This document shows positions 1-7,719 of a stretch of DNA of 64,000 nucleotides, piece after piece. Positions within the stretch are counted from its first letter, which is position 1; each line of letters begins with the position of its first letter. The notes below the pieces were generated by a model. It did not search any database. It had not been told where the DNA came from and was given only the letters and a program-made list of their open reading frames with translations. The position numbers were made by a program, and so were the translations under genes. Origin of the DNA: Deltaproteobacteria bacterium (GTDB lineage: Bacteria; Desulfobacterota; Dissulfuribacteria; Dissulfuribacterales; UBA3076); assembly GCA_003194485.1 (NCBI GenBank), contig PQXD01000003.1:33067-97066 (forward strand), given 5' to 3'.

Positions 1-1
1 C

Positions 2-1114
2 AGCCGCCTGCTGGGCATTGTCGGAGCCAGGGGGACAGGGAAGACAACCTTACTCCTTCAGCATCTGGCCGAGGCCGAACAAGACCAGCGCCTTTTGTAT
101 GTTTCTGCCGACCATATCCGGCTGCAAGCAAGCGGCCTTTATGAAATCGCCTCCCATTTCTTCCGCCTTGGCGGAGAGACTATTATGATAGATGAGATCC
201 ACAAATACGCCAACTGGTCGCAGGAAGTAAAGAATCTGTACGACTCCTTCCCAACCGCAAAGATATTTTTTTCAGGAAGTTCCACTCTTGCTCTGCAAAA
301 AGGAAAAGCAGACCTTTCCAGGCGGGCTGTCTTTTACAACCTTCCAGGGCTTTCTTTTCGTGAATATCTATCCTTTGCCCATGGATTGGAATTTCAGGCG
401 GTTTCCCTGCCGGAACTCTTACAAAACCATACGATAGTAGCCTCGAAACTTTTGAAGGCAGGGCCGATCCTTGGACACTTCAATGACTATCTCGATCACG
501 GGGTCTATCCCTTCTTCCTGGAGGGGATAGATGACTATCTTCCCAGGCTTTTGAACGTCCTGGAGAAAGTGCTCTATGAAGATATTCCGGCAGCCATAGC
601 CATTAAGACGGCAAATGTGCCCGTGCTGAAACGCATGTTATGGCTGGTAGCGACATCGCAGCCGTTCACACCTAATATTGAAAGAATGTCCAGGAACCTG
701 AAAATCTCTAAGGAATACGTTTATAACTATCTCGATTCCCTGGAGCGAGCCGAACTACTTTCCGGATTTTTTTCCTCGGAGACAGGCTACCGACTCGTGC
801 GAAAGCCTTCTAAGATATATATGGAAAACACGAACCTGCTAAGGGGGGTGGCCGGACAACTTGGCGGAAAGGATCAGGCAGGCACTGCGCGCGAAACCTT
901 TTTTGCCCATCAACTGAAAAGCGCAGGCGCGAATGTCCGCATCCCGAGCCGTGGCGATTTCCTGGTGGAAGGGAAATATCTGTTTGAAATCGGCGGAAGA
1001 ACCAAGGGGAAAAGTCAGGTTAAGGATGCTGATAATGGTTTTGTGGTGAGGGATGAAATTGAAGTCGGTTTCGGCAACGTAATTCCATTGTGGCTGTTCG
1101 GATTCCTGTATTGA
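2..1114 (+). CDS. AAA+ ATPase with DUF4143-type C-terminal domain (COG1373-like); 5' end lies outside the window
   Basis: Frame 2 is open from the window edge and reads ...LLGIVGARGTGKTTLLLQHL (Walker A) then IMIDEIHKY (Walker B-like). The track ORF 95..1114 starts at an internal TTG. Confidence 0.75.
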   Translation, partial: SRLLGIVGARGTGKTTLLLQHLAEAEQDQRLLYVSADHIRLQASGLYEIASHFFRLGGETIMIDEIHKYANWSQEVKNLYDSFPTAKIFFSGSSTLALQKGKADLSRRAVFYNLPGLSFREYLSFAHGLEFQAVSLPELLQNHTIVASKLLKAGPILGHFNDYLDHGVYPFFLEGIDDYLPRLLNVLEKVLYEDIPAAIAIKTANVPVLKRMLWLVATSQPFTPNIERMSRNLKISKEYVYNYLDSLERAELLSGFFSSETGYRLVRKPSKIYMENTNLLRGVAGQLGGKDQAGTARETFFAHQLKSAGANVRIPSRGDFLVEGKYLFEIGGRTKGKSQVKDADNGFVVRDEIEVGFGNVIPLWLFGFLY

Positions 1115-1303
1115 GTGAAAAGAGAACCAAGGGACGATCTTTGGTTTTACAGTTTCTAAGTATTTTAGAGCCGGTTCATGATGGCAAGAAGGTCGAAGAT
1201 AGATGAAGATTGTGAGGAATTGAGCGTTGTGGTGGATCCATGGAACCTCAAACTGAAACCTGCAAAACTGAAGGGAGTCCCCCTGGACAATGAGTTTTGA
1301 TGA

Positions 1304-1429
1304 AAAGCTGGTCACTACGATGACAAGAGGATCAGCCTCGACCTGGACGATGGCGTGAAAGTCAACTATGGCAAATTCGGGGATCTCCTGGCGGAAGTGA
1401 AAGTCGTGACAGGGAAGAAAGCAGAGTAA
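1304..1429 (+). pseudogene. C-terminal remnant of a type IIG / BREX PglX-like DNA methyltransferase
   Basis: 41 codons KAGHYDDKRISLDLDDGVKVNYGKFGDLLAEVKVVTGKKAE* follow two in-frame TGA codons. The DLDDGVKVNYxKF..LA tail is recalled as the C-terminal signature of these enzymes. No gene body lies upstream. Confidence 0.35.
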
Positions 1430-1680
1430 ACCACGAATGACACGAATAAGAAAACCTTGAATGGAATGCCGTTATCATCTAAAGCCGATGCGGCTTTCCG
1501 ACAGGCAGCAAAGAAAATAATCCAACGCGCCAGACAAACCGGTACTCCGGTTGTCATCTGGGAACAAGGCCATATCAAAGAGATCCCTGGCGAAGAGTTT
1601 GAGATAGCAACGGCAGCAATGGAGCTGCGAGAACCCAGACCCTGAACCATTCTCTAAATTATTCGTGTAATTCGTGGTTT
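1428..1680. repeat. 20-bp inverted repeats bracketing a small ORF cassette
   Basis: AAACCACGAATGACACGAAT (1428-1447) matches the reverse complement of ATTCGTGTAATTCGTGGTTT (1661-1680) at 19 of 20 positions. Confidence 0.8.
1457..1645 (+). CDS. small hypothetical protein (62 aa), possibly antitoxin-like
   Basis: Open frame MNGMPLSSKADAAFRQAAKKIIQRARQTGTPVVIWEQGHIKEI... with a TTG start, or ATG at 1466. No partner gene is visible. Function is not recognised. Confidence 0.4.
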   Translation: MNGMPLSSKADAAFRQAAKKIIQRARQTGTPVVIWEQGHIKEIPGEEFEIATAAMELREPRP

Positions 1681-1731
1681 CGTTTAGTCGGTGGTGTGAA
1701 TTACTGTAGGTAGAAGGAGGAGAAGCGGATA

Positions 1732-1768
1732 GTTCTAAGCAGAGACCTGATTAAGAAGGGATTGAGGC
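1732..1768 (+). repeat. solitary CRISPR-type direct repeat, copy 1
   Basis: GTTCTAAGCAGAGACCTGATTAAGAAGGGATTGAGGC is 37 nt, starts GTT and ends GGGATTGAGxC like 37-nt Cas6-type repeats. It matches 4564-4600 at 35 of 37 positions, and the flanks are unrelated. Confidence 0.5.
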
Positions 1769-2133
1769 GGTTTATGGATGAAAATAGAAATTAGAAATTG
1801 GACATTGGTTCTATACCCGGACAAGCCGGGACCAGACGTTTCCTTATTCCCATTTTTCTTATCTCCTTGTCAATGAGTAGCGTTACGGGCGAAAGAGGCT
1901 TATCCCCCTATTATTCTGTTGTTTTCCAACATAATCTATCTTTAATCACAGATATCAATACGAAAAAAGTACTAATTTTTTCGTATTTTTGCTTTTTTTT
2001 CGCCCTGCCTGATCTGTTTTGACGGGACAGAAAAGGCGCTATGAAGATGGAGGATTCCAGGTCTGTTTCCTGCTTGACAGCCAGGATTATGTGGTACACA
2101 CTTTTGTTAAACTTTGTACGCATAAGGAAGTAT

Positions 2134-2562
2134 ATGGGACTGAGGGGAGTTATAGTATTTGACGGCAGCGCGCTTATTTTATTGGCAAAATGCTGATTGC
2201 TGGAGATTGTGCGCGGGCTGTTTGATGCTGTTGTGGCGGAAGCCGTAATGGATGAAGTGGCCTCACAGGATCTGGTCAGGGCCTATCCTGATGCCGCCCT
2301 GATTTCCAGGCTGGCATCAGAAGGGGCAATAAAGTCATGACCCCACACCATGTCCGGATGTGGCGACCTTGCCCCTGTCGCTTCACAGGGGGAAAGAGAT
2401 GCCCTGCTGCTGGCTGCTGGACAGAACAGGGCAGTGCTTGCCACGGATGACGGCAAGGCCATCAAGGCCGCAAGATTCCTTGGCCTGCCTTTTATAATCA
2501 CTCCTGGAATCGTCGTGGAACTGTTCAGACTGGGGAAAATATCGTTTAAAAAAGGCACGTGA
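2134..2562 (+). pseudogene. DUF3368 PIN-like nuclease gene interrupted by two in-frame TGA codons
   Basis: A single frame reads MGLRGVIVFDGSALILLAKC*LLEIV...GAIKS*PHTMSG...QGERDALLLAAGQNRAVLATDDGKAIKAARFLGLPFIITPGIVVEL. The stops are at 2194-2196 and 2338-2340. The GE(R)EA..LA...DD..AR..A..LGL.vigT.Gil pattern is the DUF3368 signature. Confidence 0.6.
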
Positions 2563-2642
2563 ATCCCTTGAAAAACTTGGCCGGATCGGTAGATATTCAC
2601 CCGAGATCGTCGCTGGTCAAACATCTTCCTTACGTTCTCCGC

Positions 2643-2948
2643 TCAGTCGAAAAAAAAATGACCCATCAGTTCTTCAGGAGAGAAAACTTTCTTCAACTCT
2701 CTTAATGCAGGTTGCCCCCTTTTGCCCTTCTTCTTCCTCACGAACTTGTACTTGACCCACTGGATAAACCCTTCATCTCCAACAATGCCGCTTCCTTTTC
2801 CCAACTCCAACGGATTGTCCAAGTCTTGCATCAAGCCCCTGGCCACAAACGTACCGTATTTTTTCCTGCCTTTAGAATTGTCCCCACCCATGTAATCCAG
2901 TACAAAACCATAGTTGACAAAATCCTGCCTTTTTCTCAGCCATGACAC
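2643..2948 (-). pseudogene. internal fragment of a COG1943 / RayT-like Y1 transposase-family protein
   Basis: The 101-aa ORF reads ...DFVNYGFVLDYMGGDNSKGRKKYGTFVARGLMQDLDNPLELGKGSGIVGDEGFIQWVKYKF..GQPALRELKK. This resembles the region downstream of the Y1 catalytic domain. No HUH/Y catalytic domain is present. Confidence 0.4.
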
Positions 2949-3091
2949 TCAGCCAGCTAAAAACCAAAAAAGCTGTTGTTGAGACAGGGCTTAAATTATT
3001 GGTTCAAATTAAAAAACAAGAACGGATCAAAAGCTTACGTGGAAAATTGAAATGGGATGGTGACCTTGATGCAATGAGGTTAGACCAGTGA
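2942..3091 (+). CDS. vapB: VapB-type antitoxin, N-terminally truncated (49 aa)
   Basis: MTLSQLKTKKAVVETGLKLLVQIKKQERIKSLRGKLKWDGDLDAMRLDQ* shows the typical LRGK.kWeGDLdeMR C-terminus. Its stop overlaps the vapC GTG start (GTGA). The N-terminal DNA-binding part is replaced by the 2643-2948 fragment. Confidence 0.55.
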   Translation: MTLSQLKTKKAVVETGLKLLVQIKKQERIKSLRGKLKWDGDLDAMRLDQ

Positions 3092-3351
3092 TTTCGGTCG
3101 ACTCATCCGTATGGGTCAATTATTTCAACGGTATTTCCACATGGCAAACAGACCTTCTTGACAATTACCTTTCAAATGTACCCGTCGTCATCGGTGATTT
3201 AATTCTCACAGAGGTCCTTCAGGGTTTCAGATCTAATAAAGATTACGAAATAGCCAAGAACTTCCTCAGTGGTCTTCCGTTTCGTCAAATCGGTGGATGC
3301 AACGTCGCCATTAAAAGTGCCCAAAATTACCGACTCCTTCGAAAAGGGTGA
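3088..3351 (+). CDS. vapC: PIN-domain VapC toxin, C-terminally truncated (87 aa)
   Basis: MISVDSSVWVNYF...LILTEVLQG carries the first two conserved acidic positions (D5, E42). The ORF stops before the third and fourth acidic residues of a normal PIN domain of about 130 aa. Confidence 0.55.
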   Translation: MISVDSSVWVNYFNGISTWQTDLLDNYLSNVPVVIGDLILTEVLQGFRSNKDYEIAKNFLSGLPFRQIGGCNVAIKSAQNYRLLRKG

Positions 3352-3715
3352 TAAGAAATTGCTTTTTAGTCGGCCAGAGGCACGAAATATGCTGTTCCTG
3401 TCAAGGCATAGGAGACAGCATATATGCACTGGGCAGACGAAGCAGCGGCTTATCATCCGCGCAGGACTCATGAGTCAGCATTATGGCAGCTTCTGAACGA
3501 ACATTTTCATCATTTTGTAGCAGAATAATATCTTTTAGCCTTTTCCTGCAGGGAACGCTGGTTCTGTCCCTCATGTTAACGGTCCTCAAAAAACGCGCAT
3601 ATTTGGTGAAAAGCGCATTTGGCCACCGTTTGTGTATGCGGAAAACGAACTTTGTTGAGTATTGATAAATTTTCGGTGGGCATGTACTCGTGGTGCGGCC
3701 AAAACGCCTGTCTGC

Positions 3716-3764
3716 GCCTGCCTGTGCGTGGCCGCACGCAGACATGTGCGACGCACAGGCAGGC
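3716..3764 (-). terminator. GC-rich nested hairpin downstream of the 93-aa gene
   Basis: GCCTGCCTGTGCGT (3716-3729) pairs perfectly with ACGCACAGGCAGGC (3751-3764). An inner CGCAC/GTGCG stem lies within the loop. Only a weak, displaced T-run follows on the minus strand. Confidence 0.3.
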
Positions 3765-3815
3765 ATGATGTTGGTAACCAAGACGGAACCAAGAAAAAAC
3801 CAAGGCAAAAAATAC

Positions 3816-4097
3816 TCAGTCAACAAAATGAGGAAAATGGCTTTCGATGTCTACCCGATATGCCCGCAGCATGATTCTTCCATCCGGCTGGATGTTTAGC
3901 CAGCCCTCCACCTGGACTTGTGTATTATTTTCCCATGCCTCAAGGAATTCAAAAAGGGAGACCTTGTCGCTGAACATTGGGGTCCAGACCGGAATGTGTC
4001 TCTGATTCTCCGAGTCTTTCATGACTACCATTGCCAGCTTCTTGTCTGACTTTTTATCAAAGCGAACTACCTTGCCTTTTAGTCTGAATCTGGCCAT
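3816..4097 (-). CDS. hypothetical protein (93 aa)
   Basis: The ATG is preceded by AAGGAGAGG at proper spacing. The sequence MARFRLKGKVVRFDKKSDKKLAMVVMKDSEN... belongs to no family I recognise. Confidence 0.5.
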   Translation of the reverse strand: MARFRLKGKVVRFDKKSDKKLAMVVMKDSENQRHIPVWTPMFSDKVSLFEFLEAWENNTQVQVEGWLNIQPDGRIMLRAYRVDIESHFPHFVD

Positions 4098-4563
4098 GTC
4101 CTCTCCTTATTGTCATGAAAGAGATAACCGATAGCAAACATTTATTGGGTCAATCCGAATCTCTCAACGATTTTTGGGGAATGATTTCGCCCCATAATAG
4201 TTCTTGAGCCAGAGGTAAAAAGTCGGCGTTCTCTCGCCGTCGGCACCTTCAGGTTCAGCATGGTAAGGTGAATTTGTCAAGGCTGCGTAACGGAGTGGAG
4301 CACCCGAAGGGCTTGGCCTTGACGGATTCAACGTCCATGCTATCAGCATTTTTTCATACATCGAATGCCTTTTCTGACATCATTTTTCTCATGGTGGGCG
4401 ACCTTGGTATTCCAGCGCAGATCCCGGCCTGTTTTATAACCATGTGAAATGATGCTATCCCCTGAAACGATGGTATATACAAGGAAATGGACGTTTGGGA
4501 AATCCGGATATAGCCACTTTTTTAACCCATGGGTGGGTCAATTTTCAGTTGCCATTTCGAGAC

Positions 4564-4600
4564 GTTCTAAGCTGAGACCTGATTAAGAAGGGATTGAGAC
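4564..4600 (+). repeat. solitary CRISPR-type direct repeat, copy 2
   Basis: GTTCTAAGCTGAGACCTGATTAAGAAGGGATTGAGAC ends in ATTGAGAC, a typical 8-nt crRNA 5'-tag sequence. It lies directly upstream of the mazEF promoter. Confidence 0.5.
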
Positions 4601-4638
4601 TGCTTGGCAGATGTGAAAAATACATTGATTTTTTACGC

Positions 4639-4675
4639 TTGACTTTAAAACAAAGGTAATTACAATAATTACAAA
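4639..4675 (+). promoter_or_regulatory. sigma70-type promoter plus direct-repeat operator of mazEF
   Basis: TTGACT (4639-4644), a 16-nt spacer, then TACAAT (4661-4666). The -10 lies within the tandem AATTACAAT AATTACAAA. An AAGGAG RBS lies before the ATG at 4704. Confidence 0.55.
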
Positions 4676-4703
4676 ATAAGTAATAATTCAAGGAGCAATA
4701 ACC

Positions 4704-4976
4704 ATGGAAAAACGGATACGTGCAAGGGATATTAAATTGATCCCTATTGGAAATTCAAAAGGAGTTCGCATACCCAAGGTACTCCTTCAAAAATATGGCC
4801 TTAATAATTCCCTTTTGCTTGAAGAAACAGATAGGGGACTGCTTCTTCGAAAGAAAGATGAAAATAAACTTTCTTGGGAGGATACATATAAAGCCATGGC
4901 TGATGAAAAAGAAGATTGGGGCGATTTTGATACAACGCTTCTTGACGGATTGGAGGATGAAGGCTTTGGATATTAA
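4704..4976 (+). CDS. mazE: AbrB/MazE-family antitoxin
   Basis: The SpoVT/AbrB motif IPIGNSKGVRIPKVLLQKYGL is followed by an acidic C-terminal tail. The gene overlaps the mazF start. Confidence 0.85.
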   Translation: MEKRIRARDIKLIPIGNSKGVRIPKVLLQKYGLNNSLLLEETDRGLLLRKKDENKLSWEDTYKAMADEKEDWGDFDTTLLDGLEDEGFGY

Positions 4977-5292
4977 AAGATATGAAATATATTTCGCTGA
5001 TCTCAATCCCACTATAGGAAGCGAAATTAAAAAAGTACGTCCCGTTGTCATAATTAGCCAAGATGAAATGAATAAATATCTAGAAACCGTTGTCATATGT
5101 CCCTTAACCTCAAGGCTGCATCCACAATGGAGAACCCGCCTTCAGATAAAATGCTCGAATAAAAATGCTGAAATAGCAGTTGACCAAATACGCACTATCA
5201 GCAAACTACGATTAAAAAATAAAATTAATAAGTTATCAGAGACCGAAGCTGCTCAATTACGTATGCTGATAACTGATATGTATGGCGAATAG
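4957..5292 (+). CDS. mazF: MazF/PemK-family endoribonuclease toxin
   Basis: MKALDIKRYEIYFADLNPTIGSEIKKVRPVVIISQDEMN...VVICPLTS is the PemK signature. The ATG at 4957 is in frame within track ORF 4747..5292 and overlaps mazE by 20 nt. Confidence 0.85.
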   Translation: MKALDIKRYEIYFADLNPTIGSEIKKVRPVVIISQDEMNKYLETVVICPLTSRLHPQWRTRLQIKCSNKNAEIAVDQIRTISKLRLKNKINKLSETEAAQLRMLITDMYGE

Positions 5293-5486
5293 CCTTCCTT
5301 TTATCTTTTCTGAAACCCGTCTATCCTTCAACCCCCTGAATCAAATGTGGCACTGATCACTTCTCATGCCGGACAGGATTTAAGGGATTTTGTTTGTTGT
5401 CGACCCCGCCCCTGCCACTTTTGCTGTATCTAAGGAGAGGTTCTTCCCCTAAAGAGAGGAATCGGGCTTTTTGCCTTTCTCAGGGA

Positions 5487-5541
5487 GTACGTCTACGTGC
5501 CCTTCGCCTTGCATCTTCGGCAAACTTGGCTGCTGCATAAT
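5487..5541. repeat. half-copy of the 134-bp palindromic element found at 38109-38242
   Basis: GTACGTCTACGTGCCCTTCGCCTTGCATCTTCGGCAAACTTGGCTGCTGCATAAT aligns with 38178-38232 with only a few mismatches or indels. The left arm is absent here. Confidence 0.7.
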
Positions 5542-5576
5542 CTGAGTCTATGTCGTCATGTATAGGGAGGAGGGGA

Positions 5577-5605
5577 TTGACAAACCAGCTGGCAGGCAGG
5601 AAAAT
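5577..5605 (+). promoter_or_regulatory. possible promoter of the yitJ-like gene
   Basis: TTGACA (5577-5582), a 17-nt spacer, then a weak -10 GAAAAT (5600-5605). Confidence 0.25.
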
Positions 5606-5649
5606 CATCCATGTCTCATGGGTGATGGAGACATAGGCAGGCCTATGCT

Positions 5650-7503
5650 ATGAAAGATAACTTCGCAGAACACCTTAAAGAGAAAGTCGTGTTGGGGGAC
5701 GGCGCCTTTGGGACCTATCTCTTTGAAAAAGGAGTGGACCTCGCAAAGAATACCGATTTGCTCAACATCAGCGATCCGGACCTGGTCTATTCCATTCATG
5801 AAGAATACATCCGGGCCGGGAGCGAGCTCATTGAGACCAACACCTTTGGCGCCAATCGTTTCAAAATGCTCAAGGTCGGCCGGGAGCACAGGGTGCGGGA
5901 AATCAACCTCAGGGGGGCTGAGCTGGCATGCCGGGCTGCAGGAGATGAAATCTTTGTGGCCGGATCCATCGGCCCTACAGGTGTAAAGTTCCCGCTTGAG
6001 AGTGATGAGACTGAATCCGGCACGGTGCAGAAGGCCTTTGTCGAACAGATGACTGCCCTGCTTGAAGGCGGGGTGGATCTTTTCATTATCGAGACCTTTA
6101 CCTACCTGGACGAGCTGCTTTTGGCCATTGAAGCAGCAAAAAAGATTGCGCCCGATATCCCGGTTGTGGCCCAGATGGTCTACCCGTTCAACGGGCGGAC
6201 AGCCATCGGCCTGGACGCCCTGGCCTGCGGAAGGGCGACAGCCGCTGCAGGAGCCACAGTCGTTGGCACCAATTGCGGACGGGGAGTCAAGGCCATGCTA
6301 TCGGCAGTTGAGCGGCTGTCTTCCCTCAAAGATGAAGTTTTCCTTTCGGCGTTCCCCAATGCCGGGCTCCCTGAAGTCGTGGAACACCGCATGGTATATT
6401 CGACACCGCCGTCCTATATGGCTGAGAAGGTGACAGAAATGGTCAAGCTCGGGGTCAGGTTGATCGGCGGATGCTGCGGCACTACGCCGGACCATATCCG
6501 TGAATTCAGAAAGCACCTCCGCCTCAAGAGACACAAAGCCGTATCGGTCGCAGCCGCTGTTGAAAAATCCTCTGATTTGCCCGAAGACAGAAAGGACTCG
6601 ATCGGCAGGGGCGGAATGATCGAGAGCCTGAGACCAGGCCGCATCCCTGTGCTTGTGGAAGTGGATCCTCCCAGGCATCTGGATATAGAAGGAATTCTCA
6701 CGGGCGCACGTGCCCTGGTCGAGGCCGGTGCAGATGCCATCACCCTTGCCGAACATCCCCTGGCCGTTCTCCGGGCGGACAATCTGTCTCTCGCGCACAG
6801 GATAAGGGAGGAAACCGGGATCCAGACAGTGCTGCACCTGACTTGCCGGGATCGCAATGCCTTGGGTCTCCAGGCACAGATCATGGGAGCCCACATCCTC
6901 GGGCTGGAAGCCATTCTGGCTGTCACCGGAGATCCGGCCACATCCACGGATCAGCCCGGAGTAAGCGGCGTGTTTGATGTCCGCTCCTTTGGCCTGGTGC
7001 AGATGATAAGCCGGTTCAACCGTGGACTGAACATGGCAGGTGCCTCAATGAAAAAGCGGACCAATTTTTCTATTGGTGTGGCCTTCAGCTATCACCCTGC
7101 AAATCCTGATCTGCAAATCAGCAGATTGGAACGAAAGGTCGATCTGGGTGCACATTTTGCAATGACTCAGCCGATTTTTGACCGGGATGTCGTGGAATCC
7201 ATGATGGAACAGACGCAACACCTGGACCTCTTGATTTTCACAGGTATTTTTCCTCTGATATCCGCCAGGAATGCGGACTTTCTGCACAACGAAATCCCGG
7301 GTATTTCAATTCCCACGGAGGTTCGAAAGCATCTGTGGAAGTACGAAAAGGTCGAGGACCAGCGCAAGGCGGCCCTGGACCTCACCAGAAAGCTGATTGC
7401 CGACATCACTCCGTTCGCTGACGGACTCTATCTGATCAGTCCTCTCAACAAATGGGAGATCCCGCTGACGCTGGTCAAGGAAGTAAGGGCCTCCGGGCAC
7501 TGA
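5650..7503 (+). CDS. yitJ: bifunctional homocysteine S-methyltransferase / 5,10-methylenetetrahydrofolate reductase (YitJ type)
   Basis: The N-terminal Hcy-binding domain has GDGAFGT and the IGGCCGTTPDHI zinc-site motif. The C-terminal half of about 290 aa is MTHFR-like (VEVDPP...LHLTCRD...ILAVTGD). Confidence 0.85.
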   Translation: MKDNFAEHLKEKVVLGDGAFGTYLFEKGVDLAKNTDLLNISDPDLVYSIHEEYIRAGSELIETNTFGANRFKMLKVGREHRVREINLRGAELACRAAGDEIFVAGSIGPTGVKFPLESDETESGTVQKAFVEQMTALLEGGVDLFIIETFTYLDELLLAIEAAKKIAPDIPVVAQMVYPFNGRTAIGLDALACGRATAAAGATVVGTNCGRGVKAMLSAVERLSSLKDEVFLSAFPNAGLPEVVEHRMVYSTPPSYMAEKVTEMVKLGVRLIGGCCGTTPDHIREFRKHLRLKRHKAVSVAAAVEKSSDLPEDRKDSIGRGGMIESLRPGRIPVLVEVDPPRHLDIEGILTGARALVEAGADAITLAEHPLAVLRADNLSLAHRIREETGIQTVLHLTCRDRNALGLQAQIMGAHILGLEAILAVTGDPATSTDQPGVSGVFDVRSFGLVQMISRFNRGLNMAGASMKKRTNFSIGVAFSYHPANPDLQISRLERKVDLGAHFAMTQPIFDRDVVESMMEQTQHLDLLIFTGIFPLISARNADFLHNEIPGISIPTEVRKHLWKYEKVEDQRKAALDLTRKLIADITPFADGLYLISPLNKWEIPLTLVKEVRASGH

Positions 7504-7524
7504 CACAGGGGCGCCGCTCCCGGC

Positions 7525-7608
7525 TTGAAACTTGAAATTAGAAATTAGAACGAAACAAAAGCATGAAGGCCAAATTTCCAATTTCTATTTTCCAATTTCC
7601 AATCTCAA
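7525..7608. repeat. hairpin element built from inverted heptamer arrays (GAAATTA/GGAAATT)
   Basis: The left arm is TTGAAACTTGAAATTAGAAATTAGAA and the right arm is AATTTCCAATTTCTATTTTCCAATTTCCAATCTCAA. The loop GAAACAAAAGCATGAAGGCC is shared with the element at 35010-35095. Confidence 0.8.
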
Positions 7609-7719
7609 CCTTCCGTGAACGTTTACTCTGTCTATGTGCAGCACACAGGCGGTCCATGAAATTGAAACAGCACCGCAAATGAGGTATTATCAACAAAAGA
7701 TTGCGGTTATCTTGGTAAC

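Noticed and set aside
839-1315. 158-aa minus-strand ORF overlapping the 3' end of the AAA+ ATPase gene.
   Set aside because: It is antisense to a gene with clear motifs, and its translation has no recognisable features.
2194-2340. In-frame TGA codons in the DUF3368 gene as selenocysteine codons, since selA is present. The same was considered for the small minus-strand frame 4343-4555 (MATEN*PTHGLKKWLYPDFPNVHFLVYTIV...).
   Set aside because: Neither context resembles a known selenoprotein, and no SECIS-like hairpin follows the TGA codons. The neighbouring genes are clearly decayed, so pseudogenes are the simpler reading. The 4343-4555 frame is not reported as a feature because I cannot assign it.
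3401-3826. 141-aa minus-strand ORF and overlapping + strand ORFs (3483-3899) between vapC and the 93-aa gene.
   Set aside because: There are several mutually overlapping frames across a GC-rich palindrome, with no RBS and low-complexity Arg/Cys/His-rich translations. A weak resemblance of ...DIILLQNDENV to a PIN C-terminus is not enough.
1732-4600. Reading the two 37-nt repeats as a CRISPR array, or as integron attC sites or attL/attR of an island.
   Set aside because: There are only two copies 2.8 kb apart, with no regular spacers, no cas, no intI and no integrase. The 37-mer lacks the internal R''-L''/L'-R' palindrome of attC. It is kept only as solitary CRISPR-type repeats.
5293-5649. SAM (S-box) riboswitch upstream of the yitJ-type gene, as in Bacillus.
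   Set aside because: I could not find the conserved S-box core strings (for example the GAGGGA...GCCC pairing and AUGA kink-turn context). Only a repeat half-copy and small hairpins are present.
7525-7608. Calling the heptamer-array hairpins canonical Rho-independent terminators.
   Set aside because: The stems are AT-rich and imperfect and lack a trailing T-run. The exception is the separate element at 50232-50369. They are reported as repeats instead.
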